A stretch of DNA of 32,000 nucleotides from Vulcanisaeta distributa DSM 14429 (GCF_000148385.1 NC_014537.1:1290001-1322000), one strand, 5' to 3'; shown: positions 16,059 to 24,378, counted from the first letter of the stretch. Notes: generated by a model not told the origin, from the sequence alone. A program made the numbers and translations.

Positions 16059-17031
16059 TGTGATAATTAGGACTGAGCATTTAGTTAAAGTATTTCTTGC
16101 GAAGAATTACGGCATAATAAATAGAATCTTAAGGGAGAAACCACTCTTTGTTAGGGCTGTTGATGATATTAGTATAGAAATACCGAGTGGAAAAACAACG
16201 GCACTTGTTGGTGAGTCAGGTAGTGGTAAAACCACATTGGGCAGGTTACTAGTCACACTTGAACAACCAACCTCAGGTAAAATTTATTTCCGCAATATTG
16301 ACATAACTATGACAAGAGGGAGGGAATTACGAGACATTAGGGCTAAGTTACAGATGGTTTTTCAGGATCCATACTCAAGCCTTAACCCAATGATGAGGGT
16401 CAGGGACATTATAGGAGAGCCACTGAGAAATAGAGGTGTCAAGGGTAAGGAATTAGATGATGCCGTGGCTAAAATAATGAATGAGGTTGGGCTGGATTAT
16501 TCATCATTAGCCACAAGAAGACCGAGCGAATTATCCGGTGGTCAAAGACAGAGAGTGGCAATTGCAAGGGCATTAATTACAAACCCCGATTTTGTGGTTC
16601 TTGATGAGCCAACATCTGCTTTAGACGCATCGACGCAAGCTCAGGTGCTTAATCTATTAATTGATTTACAAGCCAGGCATAACTTAACTTACCTCCTCAT
16701 TACACACAATATTGCGGTTGCCAAATACATGAGTGATTTGATGATGATTATGTATATGGGTAAGATAATGGAGATTGGAGATACTGGGGTAATTCTTAAG
16801 GAACCACTACATCCATATACACAGGCGCTTATTGAGTCAGTGCCAGATATTAGTAAGCCTGAGTTAAAGCCACCAACGGGTGAGGTTGGTAGCCTTGTTA
16901 ATCCGCCAAGGGGCTGTAGGTTTTATCCTAGATGTCCATTTAGGATGGAGGTATGTCGTGAAAAGGAACCACCCCTTATTGAGGTGAAGAATGGAATTAA
17001 AGTTGCATGTTGGTTATATGTAAAGAAATAA
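16048..17031 (+). CDS. Opp/Dpp-type ABC transporter ATP-binding protein (F subunit)
   Basis: 327-aa ORF. It has Walker A GESGSGKTT, LSGGQRQR, FVVLDEPTSALD and a C-terminal four-Cys extension. It overlaps the upstream ATPase gene by 11 nt. Confidence 0.9.
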   Translation: MGSDVIIRTEHLVKVFLAKNYGIINRILREKPLFVRAVDDISIEIPSGKTTALVGESGSGKTTLGRLLVTLEQPTSGKIYFRNIDITMTRGRELRDIRAKLQMVFQDPYSSLNPMMRVRDIIGEPLRNRGVKGKELDDAVAKIMNEVGLDYSSLATRRPSELSGGQRQRVAIARALITNPDFVVLDEPTSALDASTQAQVLNLLIDLQARHNLTYLLITHNIAVAKYMSDLMMIMYMGKIMEIGDTGVILKEPLHPYTQALIESVPDISKPELKPPTGEVGSLVNPPRGCRFYPRCPFRMEVCREKEPPLIEVKNGIKVACWLYVKK

Positions 17032-17118
17032 TTCCTGTAAAGGTATTTGTCATTTTAAATATTTATAAATGGGTATTTTATGAAAAATTGAAAAATAATA
17101 ATACTTAAAAACTAAATT

Positions 17119-19173
17119 ATGTTAATTATACCTATGCCGGGAAAAGGAGTATCAAAGAGTGCTGTAATAGCAATAGTAGTTGTGGTAATAGTGATAATAG
17201 TTGGTGTTGCGGCCTATATGCTATATAAGCCACCTGCTAAGGTATCAAAACCAGTTACTCCTACACCTCCTCCATCTAATGTCACCACTGTTACTACTAA
17301 AACAACTACGGTGACCCCTCCATCAAATAACACATTAGTTGTTGCAGAGACAACCCCACCTGATAGCCTTGATCCAGCAATAGCCGCATACACGCAGGAC
17401 ATGGAGATACTATATTCATGCTACCAGACCCTGGTGATATTCAATGGTACTGATCCATCATCCTTCCTACCAGCCCTAGCGTACAACTGGACAGTTTCAA
17501 ACAACTACCTTAACTGGACCTTCTATATTAGGCAGGGTGCGTATTTCCAGAATGGAGACCAAATAAATGCAACGACGGTCTGGTTCAGTATTTATAGGTC
17601 AATAGTCATGAATCAATTTGGCGCATTCAACTTCCTCGACTTACTATACAACGGTACAATAGCCAGCATGACTGGTTATGCGACTCCTTGGGGTGTTTGT
17701 CGTGCTATGGAGAAGATCTTTGGTCTTCAGTTCCCGAATCCTCAGACCAACCTAACTGGTTATGAGGAGGAGTGTGCCTATGCACTGGCTAATGTACTAA
17801 GTAACTTCAACGTACACAATCAATCAATAGTCGAACTAATGGAATACCCAGACCAAGCGGTAGTAGTTAAAGGACCATATGAGATTCAGTTTAACCTATT
17901 GGCACCTTATTACGATTACCTCGGTGTAATGGCTGGTTCATGGGCTATGATTGTCGATCCCACATTTGTTGATCAAAATGGCGGTGTACAGCCTGATCAA
18001 ACCACATCCTACTTAAGTACTCACATGCTATGCAGTGGACCGTACACACTGGCTCAATACATACCCGGTGAAGAGATAGTATTAACGGCCAATCCAAACT
18101 ATTGGGCAGCCAAGAACCCGCCAAACTTCATGCTCACGCCAGCCCACATACAGAACATAGTCATTAAGTACTATACAAGCTTTGATGAGGAAATACTCGC
18201 ATTTAAGACAGGCGCGGCACAGGCAATAGATTCAAGCCCGCACGAATCACCACCACCAATATACTTCTCAGCCATATTATCAATACCCAACATAGTCATG
18301 TACGGGCCAGTATGGTCAGGTGGTGATGTATTCCTCGTATTCGATACCCAGAGATACCCATATAACTTAACCGTGGTGAGGGAGGCCTTTGCATATGCAA
18401 TAAATACCACGGAAATAATAGACACCGTACTAAAGGGATTTGGTGCGCCATATTTAGGTCCGATACCGCCATATCCGCCTAACCCATATTATAATCCGGG
18501 TAATTTACCGCTATATCCATATGATCCAAATAAAGCAATTGAATTATTAGCAAGTGCTGGTTTCCAGTTAACATTACCTAATGGTACGGTGATTAATCCA
18601 AACGGTAAGCCGTTAACTGTGCATCTGTGGTATATAAGCACTGACTTAACATTTACACAAGAGGCGCAGATGATACAGCAGATGCTCAGTAATATTGGTG
18701 TTAACGTAATACTTGAGGGCGTTCCCGTAAGTTACCTTGTCTCTGCCATGGAGAATCCACCAACATCACCACAGTACCCTGGATTCTTCTTACTTGACTG
18801 GTACCCAGACTGGTGGGACCCAGTGGCTCAGGAGGCTTGGTTCATACTTAATGTCGACTTTGGAGGTATTGCCGGTAATGAGGCTTGGTACAATAATTCA
18901 CTGGTTAATACATTGACCACAGAGGCTGTATTCACTACGAACATAACCCAGAGAGTTGAGTTGATGAAGCAGGTATATGCCCAGGTATATAAGGATGTAC
19001 CATACATATGGCTATACGAACCTGCATTCTACGGATTCACCTATAAGTACGTATGTGGTGTCTTAATTAATCCACTGATAACTGGTTTCTACTACCCAAC
19101 AATGTACTTCTATAACGGTACAGGTACATGCATAAACTACTCGCCAATATATACAACAACGGGTAGTTCATAG
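17119..19173 (+). CDS. ABC transporter substrate-binding protein, family 5 (Opp/Dpp type), membrane-anchored
   Basis: 684-aa ORF. It has an N-terminal TM anchor (AVIAIVVVVIVIIVGVAAYML), then a Thr/Pro-rich linker (PVTPTPPPSNVTTVTTKTTTVTPPS), then the SBP_5-like start LVVAETTPPDSLDPA. It carries many N-x-S/T sequons. Confidence 0.85.
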   Translation: MLIIPMPGKGVSKSAVIAIVVVVIVIIVGVAAYMLYKPPAKVSKPVTPTPPPSNVTTVTTKTTTVTPPSNNTLVVAETTPPDSLDPAIAAYTQDMEILYSCYQTLVIFNGTDPSSFLPALAYNWTVSNNYLNWTFYIRQGAYFQNGDQINATTVWFSIYRSIVMNQFGAFNFLDLLYNGTIASMTGYATPWGVCRAMEKIFGLQFPNPQTNLTGYEEECAYALANVLSNFNVHNQSIVELMEYPDQAVVVKGPYEIQFNLLAPYYDYLGVMAGSWAMIVDPTFVDQNGGVQPDQTTSYLSTHMLCSGPYTLAQYIPGEEIVLTANPNYWAAKNPPNFMLTPAHIQNIVIKYYTSFDEEILAFKTGAAQAIDSSPHESPPPIYFSAILSIPNIVMYGPVWSGGDVFLVFDTQRYPYNLTVVREAFAYAINTTEIIDTVLKGFGAPYLGPIPPYPPNPYYNPGNLPLYPYDPNKAIELLASAGFQLTLPNGTVINPNGKPLTVHLWYISTDLTFTQEAQMIQQMLSNIGVNVILEGVPVSYLVSAMENPPTSPQYPGFFLLDWYPDWWDPVAQEAWFILNVDFGGIAGNEAWYNNSLVNTLTTEAVFTTNITQRVELMKQVYAQVYKDVPYIWLYEPAFYGFTYKYVCGVLINPLITGFYYPTMYFYNGTGTCINYSPIYTTTGSS

Positions 19174-19231
19174 TTAATATTACTTATTTAAGTGAGTTAA
19201 ACTTAAAAATCATTAACATTTTTTTGTAATA

Positions 19232-20245
19232 ATGAGACTTGCATCATTTCTAATTAGAAGAAGTATAAATATGGTAATAACTGTACTTGGAGTGATTTTT
19301 ATAATGTTCGTAATAACGCACGTGATAACGCCAAACCCAGCAGTTGCATGGGCAGGTCCACACCCTGTACCATCAATTGTTGAGGCAATAACTAAGGAAT
19401 ACCACCTAAATGACCCCGTGTATGTTCAATTCTATTACTTCCTAATAGCCGTATTTCAAGGCAATTGGGGTGAGGATCCGATGTATCATCAACCAATAAT
19501 ACAATTGATTGATGTTTATTTCCCAAGGACACTTGAATTAACAATCGCGGCTATGATAGTAATAATAATTTTAGGAATCTTAACGGGAGCCATTGCAGCA
19601 GTGCATAAGAATACCCCAACCGACTACACAATTAGAGCATTCTACCTAGTGACTTGGTCAATGCCGCCATTCCTAGTCGCCATGCTCCTCCAATTAGCCA
19701 TAGCCTATGGATTGAGGTTATTACCAGCCACTGGTCTTGCCAATCCGTTATTACCTCCACCAAAACCAATAACTGGCATGCCAACGATTGACGCCTTAAT
19801 TGAGGGTGACTGGCCATACTTCTGGTCAAGCCTTAGGCACTTAATACTTCCTGCAACTGCATTGGCACTTGTGGCTTTTGGCATAATTTCAAGGTTAATT
19901 AGGAATAGCATGATAGATATAGCCTCAAAGCCATTCATAAGAACCGCAATAATGAAGGGGCTTAAGGATAGGGATGTGGTATTTAGGCACATGCTTAGGA
20001 ACGCACTAATACCTGCGATAACGGTATTAGCATTAACCTTTGCTTCGTTACTCGCCGGTGCGGTGGTCATCGAGGATGTGTTCTCATGGACGGGAATGGG
20101 ATGGTTATTGACACAGGCACTATATCAGCAGGATTACCCATTAGTAATGGCTGGTACCTTCATTGTCGCGATTGGTGTTGTAATAGCGAATTTAGTAGCC
20201 GATATACTGTATGCGGTTGTTGATCCAAGGATTAAGCTTGAGTAG
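19232..20245 (+). CDS. Opp/Dpp-type ABC transporter permease (B subunit)
   Basis: 337-aa polytopic ORF. It has the BPD_transp_1 EAA-like region (IASKPFIRTAIMKGLKDRDVVFRHMLRNALIP) and the family-typical C-terminal ADILYAVVDPRI. Confidence 0.9.
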   Translation: MRLASFLIRRSINMVITVLGVIFIMFVITHVITPNPAVAWAGPHPVPSIVEAITKEYHLNDPVYVQFYYFLIAVFQGNWGEDPMYHQPIIQLIDVYFPRTLELTIAAMIVIIILGILTGAIAAVHKNTPTDYTIRAFYLVTWSMPPFLVAMLLQLAIAYGLRLLPATGLANPLLPPPKPITGMPTIDALIEGDWPYFWSSLRHLILPATALALVAFGIISRLIRNSMIDIASKPFIRTAIMKGLKDRDVVFRHMLRNALIPAITVLALTFASLLAGAVVIEDVFSWTGMGWLLTQALYQQDYPLVMAGTFIVAIGVVIANLVADILYAVVDPRIKLE

Positions 20246-21184
20246 GTGAGTGGCATGGCCACTCAGATAACCGTAACAACTGAACGCAGGGTTTCATCAT
20301 TAAGGCTCTTCATGACCTACATGATTCATAACCCACCAACACTCGTTGGATTCATAATAACGGTGGCATTCTACGGTTGGGCTATAATCGAGGGCGTACT
20401 ACAGCTACTGGGTACGCTACTTCATAACCCAGCAATTGGATGGGCATTACTACCATACAATCCATTTGCGGTAAACTATGCCGCCGCATTCCAACCTCCA
20501 TCATTAAAGCATATTTTTGGAACGGACAACTTAGGCAGAGATCTATTCAGTGAAATACTGTATGGAACACCGACCGAGGCCCTAATCTCAATACTTGTCG
20601 TAGGTTCGGCAATAATTATTGGAGGTCTTATAGGAATGGTATCAGGTTACTTCGGCAAGTACGTTGATGAGGCGGGCATGAGGGTCACCGACATGTTTCT
20701 GGCATTCCCAGCAATAATACTGGCATTGGCAGTGGAAGCTGCAATAGGTAGGGGCGCGGTCAATGCAGCAATAGCCTTAGTGGTTGTTTGGTGGCCAACA
20801 TATGCAAGGCTCTTTAGGGCTGAAACACTTAGGGTAAAGACGCAGTACTTCATTGATGCCGCAAAACTCTCTGGGACGAGCACGATAGGTATAATATTTA
20901 GGCACATATTCCCGAACGTGTTAACACCAGTAATTTCCTACGCAACCATTGACTTAGGTAATGTCGTGCTGGCCTATTCAATAATAAGTTTCCTGGGTTT
21001 TGGAGTACCACCACCATATCCAGAGTGGGGTAGGCTCGTGTCCGAGGGCTTTCAGTACTTCCCAGCACCCGCCTGGTGGTACGCAATAATACCTGGCGTA
21101 GTAATAACAATAGTGGTAATTGGACTTGCACTTCTTGGTGACGGAATATCGGAATATATAACGAGTGGAGGTGCAACAGTATGA
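20246..21184 (+). CDS. Opp/Dpp-type ABC transporter permease (C subunit)
   Basis: 312-aa polytopic ORF. It has HIFGTDNLGRDLFS (OppC N-terminal motif) and the EAA region YFIDAAKLSGTSTIGIIFRHIFPNVL. The track start is GTG 20246; ATG 20255 is an alternative. Confidence 0.9.
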   Translation: MSGMATQITVTTERRVSSLRLFMTYMIHNPPTLVGFIITVAFYGWAIIEGVLQLLGTLLHNPAIGWALLPYNPFAVNYAAAFQPPSLKHIFGTDNLGRDLFSEILYGTPTEALISILVVGSAIIIGGLIGMVSGYFGKYVDEAGMRVTDMFLAFPAIILALAVEAAIGRGAVNAAIALVVVWWPTYARLFRAETLRVKTQYFIDAAKLSGTSTIGIIFRHIFPNVLTPVISYATIDLGNVVLAYSIISFLGFGVPPPYPEWGRLVSEGFQYFPAPAWWYAIIPGVVITIVVIGLALLGDGISEYITSGGATV

Positions 21185-21198
21185 CCTTGTTATCTGTT

Positions 21199-21245
21199 TC
21201 AGTAAGGATGTCCCTCATCAACCTCAGGGTCTAGGGACTCATCAC
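21199..21245 (-). ncRNA. Box C/D sRNA candidate (unit C)
   Basis: Minus strand 5'->3': C GTGATGA (21245-21239), 11-nt guide GTCCCTAGACC, D' CTGA (21227-21224), GG, C' TTGATGA (21221-21215), 12-nt guide GGGACATCCTTA, D CTGA (21202-21199). All four boxes match the consensus with canonical spacing. Confidence 0.65.
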
Positions 21246-21313
21246 AGGCCCAATTAGTAGTAAATGAATGCGATGAATATATTGATTTCCTCCCAGCCAA
21301 TAAACCATGATTC

Positions 21314-21363
21314 TCAGACTTGCCAGGTGATCAGCACCTGGTCAGCCAACCCTCTTTCGTCAC
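21314..21363 (-). ncRNA. Box C/D sRNA candidate (unit B)
   Basis: Minus strand: C GTGACGA (21363-21357, 1 mismatch), 11-nt guide AAGAGGGTTGG, D' CTGA (21345-21342), CCAG, C' GTGCTGA (21337-21331, 1 mismatch), 13-nt guide TCACCTGGCAAGT, D CTGA (21317-21314). Confidence 0.5.
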
Positions 21364-21411
21364 CATAAACACTCCTTGTCCACTCACTTAAAGCCTTTAC
21401 CCCAGGACTAA

Positions 21412-21459
21412 TCAGCAGTGGTCTTTCACTTCACCAATCCGATACTGGGCCCTCATCAC
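21412..21459 (-). ncRNA. Box C/D sRNA candidate (unit A)
   Basis: Minus strand: C GTGATGA (21459-21453, perfect), 11-nt guide GGGCCCAGTAT, degenerate D' CGGA (21441-21438), TTG, degenerate C' GTGAAGT (21434-21428), 12-nt guide GAAAGACCACTG, D CTGA (21415-21412, perfect). Confidence 0.5.
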
Positions 21460-21502
21460 GAAACAATAGTAAAACCAGCCCTAATAAGTCACTCCTCATA
21501 AT

Positions 21503-21997
21503 TCACGTAACGCCCAGTGACTTCTTAACCTCATTAATCAGTTCCTGAATAATTGGTATCCTAGCCCTAACGTCATCAACGTCGATCCTAACCTCGTGAA
21601 ATCCATTTACATGGAGGAAATAGGCCTCGGTCCAGGCCCTCCATACCTTATCGCCTAGTCTACGTGCAGCCTTATCCAGTAGGCTCACGGTCCACCTACC
21701 CTTGCTTAAGGCCTCCCTGGCCTCATCAAGGCCCCTGGCAATCGCCAAAGCCTTTACGGACCCCTCCACAGCCTTGTAAAGCCTCTCACTGGCCTGAACC
21801 ACATCACCCTTATCAACGAAACTCAAGCCCTCATTAAACATGGCCAAAGCCAACTTAGCATGAGCCTTAGCAGCGCTTGGTGGATCAATGTTTAGGTTTA
21901 CCGTTAGTACATCAATGATGTAATCAATATCTAATCCATTCCTTCTAAGGATGTTAATTATGGTCTTGGGTAATTCCATGCTAATTAAATTGCCCAA
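21503..21997 (-). CDS. PaREP1-family protein (HEPN-related, Thermoproteales-enriched family)
   Basis: 164-aa ORF. GDVVQASERLYKAVEGSVKALAIARGL...SKGRWTVSLLDKAARRLG..VWRAWTEAYFLHVNGFHEVRIDVDDVRARIP matches the PaREP1 core pattern (QASEK.Y.A.E..VKALA ... GRWT...L ... LHV.GFHE). Confidence 0.8.
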   Translation of the reverse strand: MGNLISMELPKTIINILRRNGLDIDYIIDVLTVNLNIDPPSAAKAHAKLALAMFNEGLSFVDKGDVVQASERLYKAVEGSVKALAIARGLDEAREALSKGRWTVSLLDKAARRLGDKVWRAWTEAYFLHVNGFHEVRIDVDDVRARIPIIQELINEVKKSLGVT

Positions 21998-22212
21998 GAT
22001 ACTATAAAAGCCTTCTTTATTATGTGATGGTATAAATTGAAAATTAAAATATAAACGTAACTAAGATAATAATAACCTACAAGAGTGCTTTTGTAAAATA
22101 TGACCCATTGCCATGGACTACCTATATGATAATAACCATGATTATTTATTTCGATGACTATAACATGGATTACGTTAAATCATAACAGTTATTAAGTGAT
22201 TGAATGTAAAAC

Positions 22213-22290
22213 TGGTGGGCCCGGTGGGATTTGAACCCACGTCCTACGGGTCTGGAGCCCGCCGCTCTGGCCTTGCTGAGCTACGGGCCC
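22213..22290 (-). tRNA. tRNA-Trp (anticodon CCA), intronless, with genomically encoded 3' CCA
   Basis: Minus strand: GGGCCCGTAGCTCAGCAAGGCCAGAGCGGCGGGCTCCAGACCCGTAGGACGTGGGTTCAAATCCCACCGGGCCCACCA. I folded it by hand into a full cloverleaf. The acceptor stem has 7 bp, all GC. The D stem is GCTC/GAGC. The anticodon stem is GCGGG/CCCGT and the anticodon loop is CTCCAGA. The T arm is GTGGG-TTCAAAT-CCCAC, the discriminator is A, and CCA follows. Confidence 0.95.
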
Positions 22291-22383
22291 AATTGGGTAT
22301 ATCCATTATTTTGTTTTTAAGCTTTTTGCGTTGTCTGTGGATATTGATGTGTTTTTAATGGTTAATTACTTAGTTCTTATGTG

Positions 22384-24243
22384 TTACGATGAATGTGCTA
22401 GTCTCTCTAATGCGTATTTTAGGTCCGGTGTCATAAATGCGCTTCTTGCTCCGTATATATGTATGATTATGCCTATTATTATGGCGGTTATCGTGTCGTA
22501 TGGCCATGGTATTGGTGGGTTTGCGAATACTCCAAATTGACCGAAGAATGACAGTGGAAATACTGTGAATAATGTGGCTACGATCCACCAACCAGCCTTA
22601 ATGTGAATCTTTAAGTCGCTCGGAACATCCCTGGAAAGCCATAATGTTAAGCCGATGGTCATTGTAAGGATTATCACGTAATAGGCCAGGAACAAACCAG
22701 CGTAGTAACTTGTCAACGGTAGCTTACCAGCGTTCTCGTACGGAACGATAATCGGTTCGTAGAGCATGAAGTAAGTCGCTAATGCTAAGACGATCCAATA
22801 AATAATACCGGCAACAATACCCCTAAATCTATTCACACCGAGCTTTGTGGGCATCACATACATAAAGAATATTGGGAGACCCGCGAGTATGAAGACTATG
22901 ACACCCCATAGTATGTCGAATGTAGACCAGTAAACAATTAGGTAGACGGAGATCGTGGCTAACGCCGAGAAGATCGTTATTGCTGGTATCCTATAATATC
23001 TAGGCGCATTTGGTGCTAGCCTCCTGAGGGCTAATGATAATGGTCCTGACACTATAAACGTTAAGTAACCGGCGCTTGTTATAAACGTGACTATTAAGCC
23101 CCAGGCCGGGAATTTATAGAGGAAGAGGAAACCGACTATCAATGCGGCGATTGTGCCCCACCTAGGCACTTTATGCCTATTGAGGTATAGGAACCACTCA
23201 GGTAATTGTCCATTAGCGGCCATGCCGTATAGCGATCTGGCGGTACCACCCACATAAATCCAACCTGTACCGGATGGTGAAAGTACAGCATCTACTATGA
23301 ATAATATGGCAAATGCCGTAAGTACTGCGATACCGGACAAAGTGAGTAATTGATACAATGGGCCCCTTGACAATATAGACCTTGTAAGACTGCTCCAATC
23401 GCCAGGTTGTACCGAGATTTTACTCCAGTCTATGGCTCCCACAAATGCCGTTTCTAGTAATACGTATATGATCACGACCAATGTGAAACCCAAAACAGCG
23501 CCCTTGGCTATTTCCCTAGGCCTTATGACTTCGCCTGAGAATTCAACGCTTTGTCTAAAGCCTAGGTATGCGAAGGCTATACCAGTCGTTGGTATTGCCA
23601 GGAAGATAGCCGATAAGCCATAAGGCATGAAGCCGCCTGGTAACCCGCTGTAATTAACTGGGTGAAGCAGGAAGACGAGTAATAGGATTATCGTGAAGGT
23701 TGGTATTAATAGTTTGTACCAACCAACGGCTGTATTCGTCTTACCCATAACATGAACACCGAACCAATTAAGTAAGAAGTAGAAAATGAGCAAGATAGCC
23801 GCCATTAAATAGCCAAGTGCGCTTAATTCCATCGTACCTGGTATTAACAAGCCAGGCACAAGCGCTGATAAGTATGTAGTTGTTGCCAGCGCCTCGGCGG
23901 GTGCAACCGCGATTACATACAATAACGTTGTCCATGCTATCCAATAGGAGGCAAAGAGTCCGTGGGTGTATTGCGGAAATCTAACGAGACCTCCTGACCT
24001 TGGGAACATGCTGGCAACCTCGGTATATGCCTCAGCAATGAAGTAGACAAGTATTCCTGCGATTAACCACGATATTATTGATGCTGGACCTACAACTGAG
24101 GCCGCAAGTAGAGGTGCGAACATCCAACCGCTACCAATCATTGAGCCAATTTCCAGATATGCAATGTCCCAGAAATTCAACGCTCTCCTTAACTGAGCAT
24201 CATATTTTGAAGCCCTTTCTTCGCCGAAATTTGAAGTAGACAT
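22384..24243 (-). CDS. APC-superfamily amino acid/polyamine permease
   Basis: 619-aa ORF with at least 12 hydrophobic segments. The N-terminal signature is LRRALNFWDIAYLEIGSMIGSGWMF...ISWLIAGILVYFIAEAYTEVASMFPRSGG. Confidence 0.8.
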   Translation of the reverse strand: MSTSNFGEERASKYDAQLRRALNFWDIAYLEIGSMIGSGWMFAPLLAASVVGPASIISWLIAGILVYFIAEAYTEVASMFPRSGGLVRFPQYTHGLFASYWIAWTTLLYVIAVAPAEALATTTYLSALVPGLLIPGTMELSALGYLMAAILLIFYFLLNWFGVHVMGKTNTAVGWYKLLIPTFTIILLLVFLLHPVNYSGLPGGFMPYGLSAIFLAIPTTGIAFAYLGFRQSVEFSGEVIRPREIAKGAVLGFTLVVIIYVLLETAFVGAIDWSKISVQPGDWSSLTRSILSRGPLYQLLTLSGIAVLTAFAILFIVDAVLSPSGTGWIYVGGTARSLYGMAANGQLPEWFLYLNRHKVPRWGTIAALIVGFLFLYKFPAWGLIVTFITSAGYLTFIVSGPLSLALRRLAPNAPRYYRIPAITIFSALATISVYLIVYWSTFDILWGVIVFILAGLPIFFMYVMPTKLGVNRFRGIVAGIIYWIVLALATYFMLYEPIIVPYENAGKLPLTSYYAGLFLAYYVIILTMTIGLTLWLSRDVPSDLKIHIKAGWWIVATLFTVFPLSFFGQFGVFANPPIPWPYDTITAIIIGIIIHIYGARSAFMTPDLKYALERLAHSS

Positions 24244-24351
24244 TAAATATGGAAATTAGATATATTTTAATAAAAATTATTGCTATATGATTATGCAAAT
24301 AAAAGGTTTTATAAAATAATATTCCATTAACTTTTTCTCTTAAATATGTGA

Positions 24352-24375
24352 AAGTAATATTGTAAGTAATATTGT
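24352..24375. repeat. Perfect tandem duplication of the 12-mer AAGTAATATTGT
   Basis: AAGTAATATTGT occurs at 24352-24363 and again at 24364-24375, immediately 3' of the stop (24379-24381) of the wHTH gene. Confidence 0.7.
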
Positions 24376-24378
24376 TTA

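Noticed and set aside
21185-21502. RNase P RNA, SRP RNA or a decayed protein gene as the explanation for the ORF-free gap
   Set aside because: I looked for the RNase P CR-I (GAGGAAAGUCC) and CR-V motifs and for SRP helix-8 motifs. I found only weak partial resemblances (GGGAGGAAATC and CCAGGTG...AGCA). All frames give peptides of about 40 aa or less with no family signal. The C/D box architecture explains the conserved-looking elements much better.
22331-22591. Two overlapping small ORFs (22331-22540 plus strand, 22370-22591 minus strand) near the tRNA
   Set aside because: Both overlap the 3' end of the 619-aa APC permease CDS in other frames or on the other strand, and neither has a motif.
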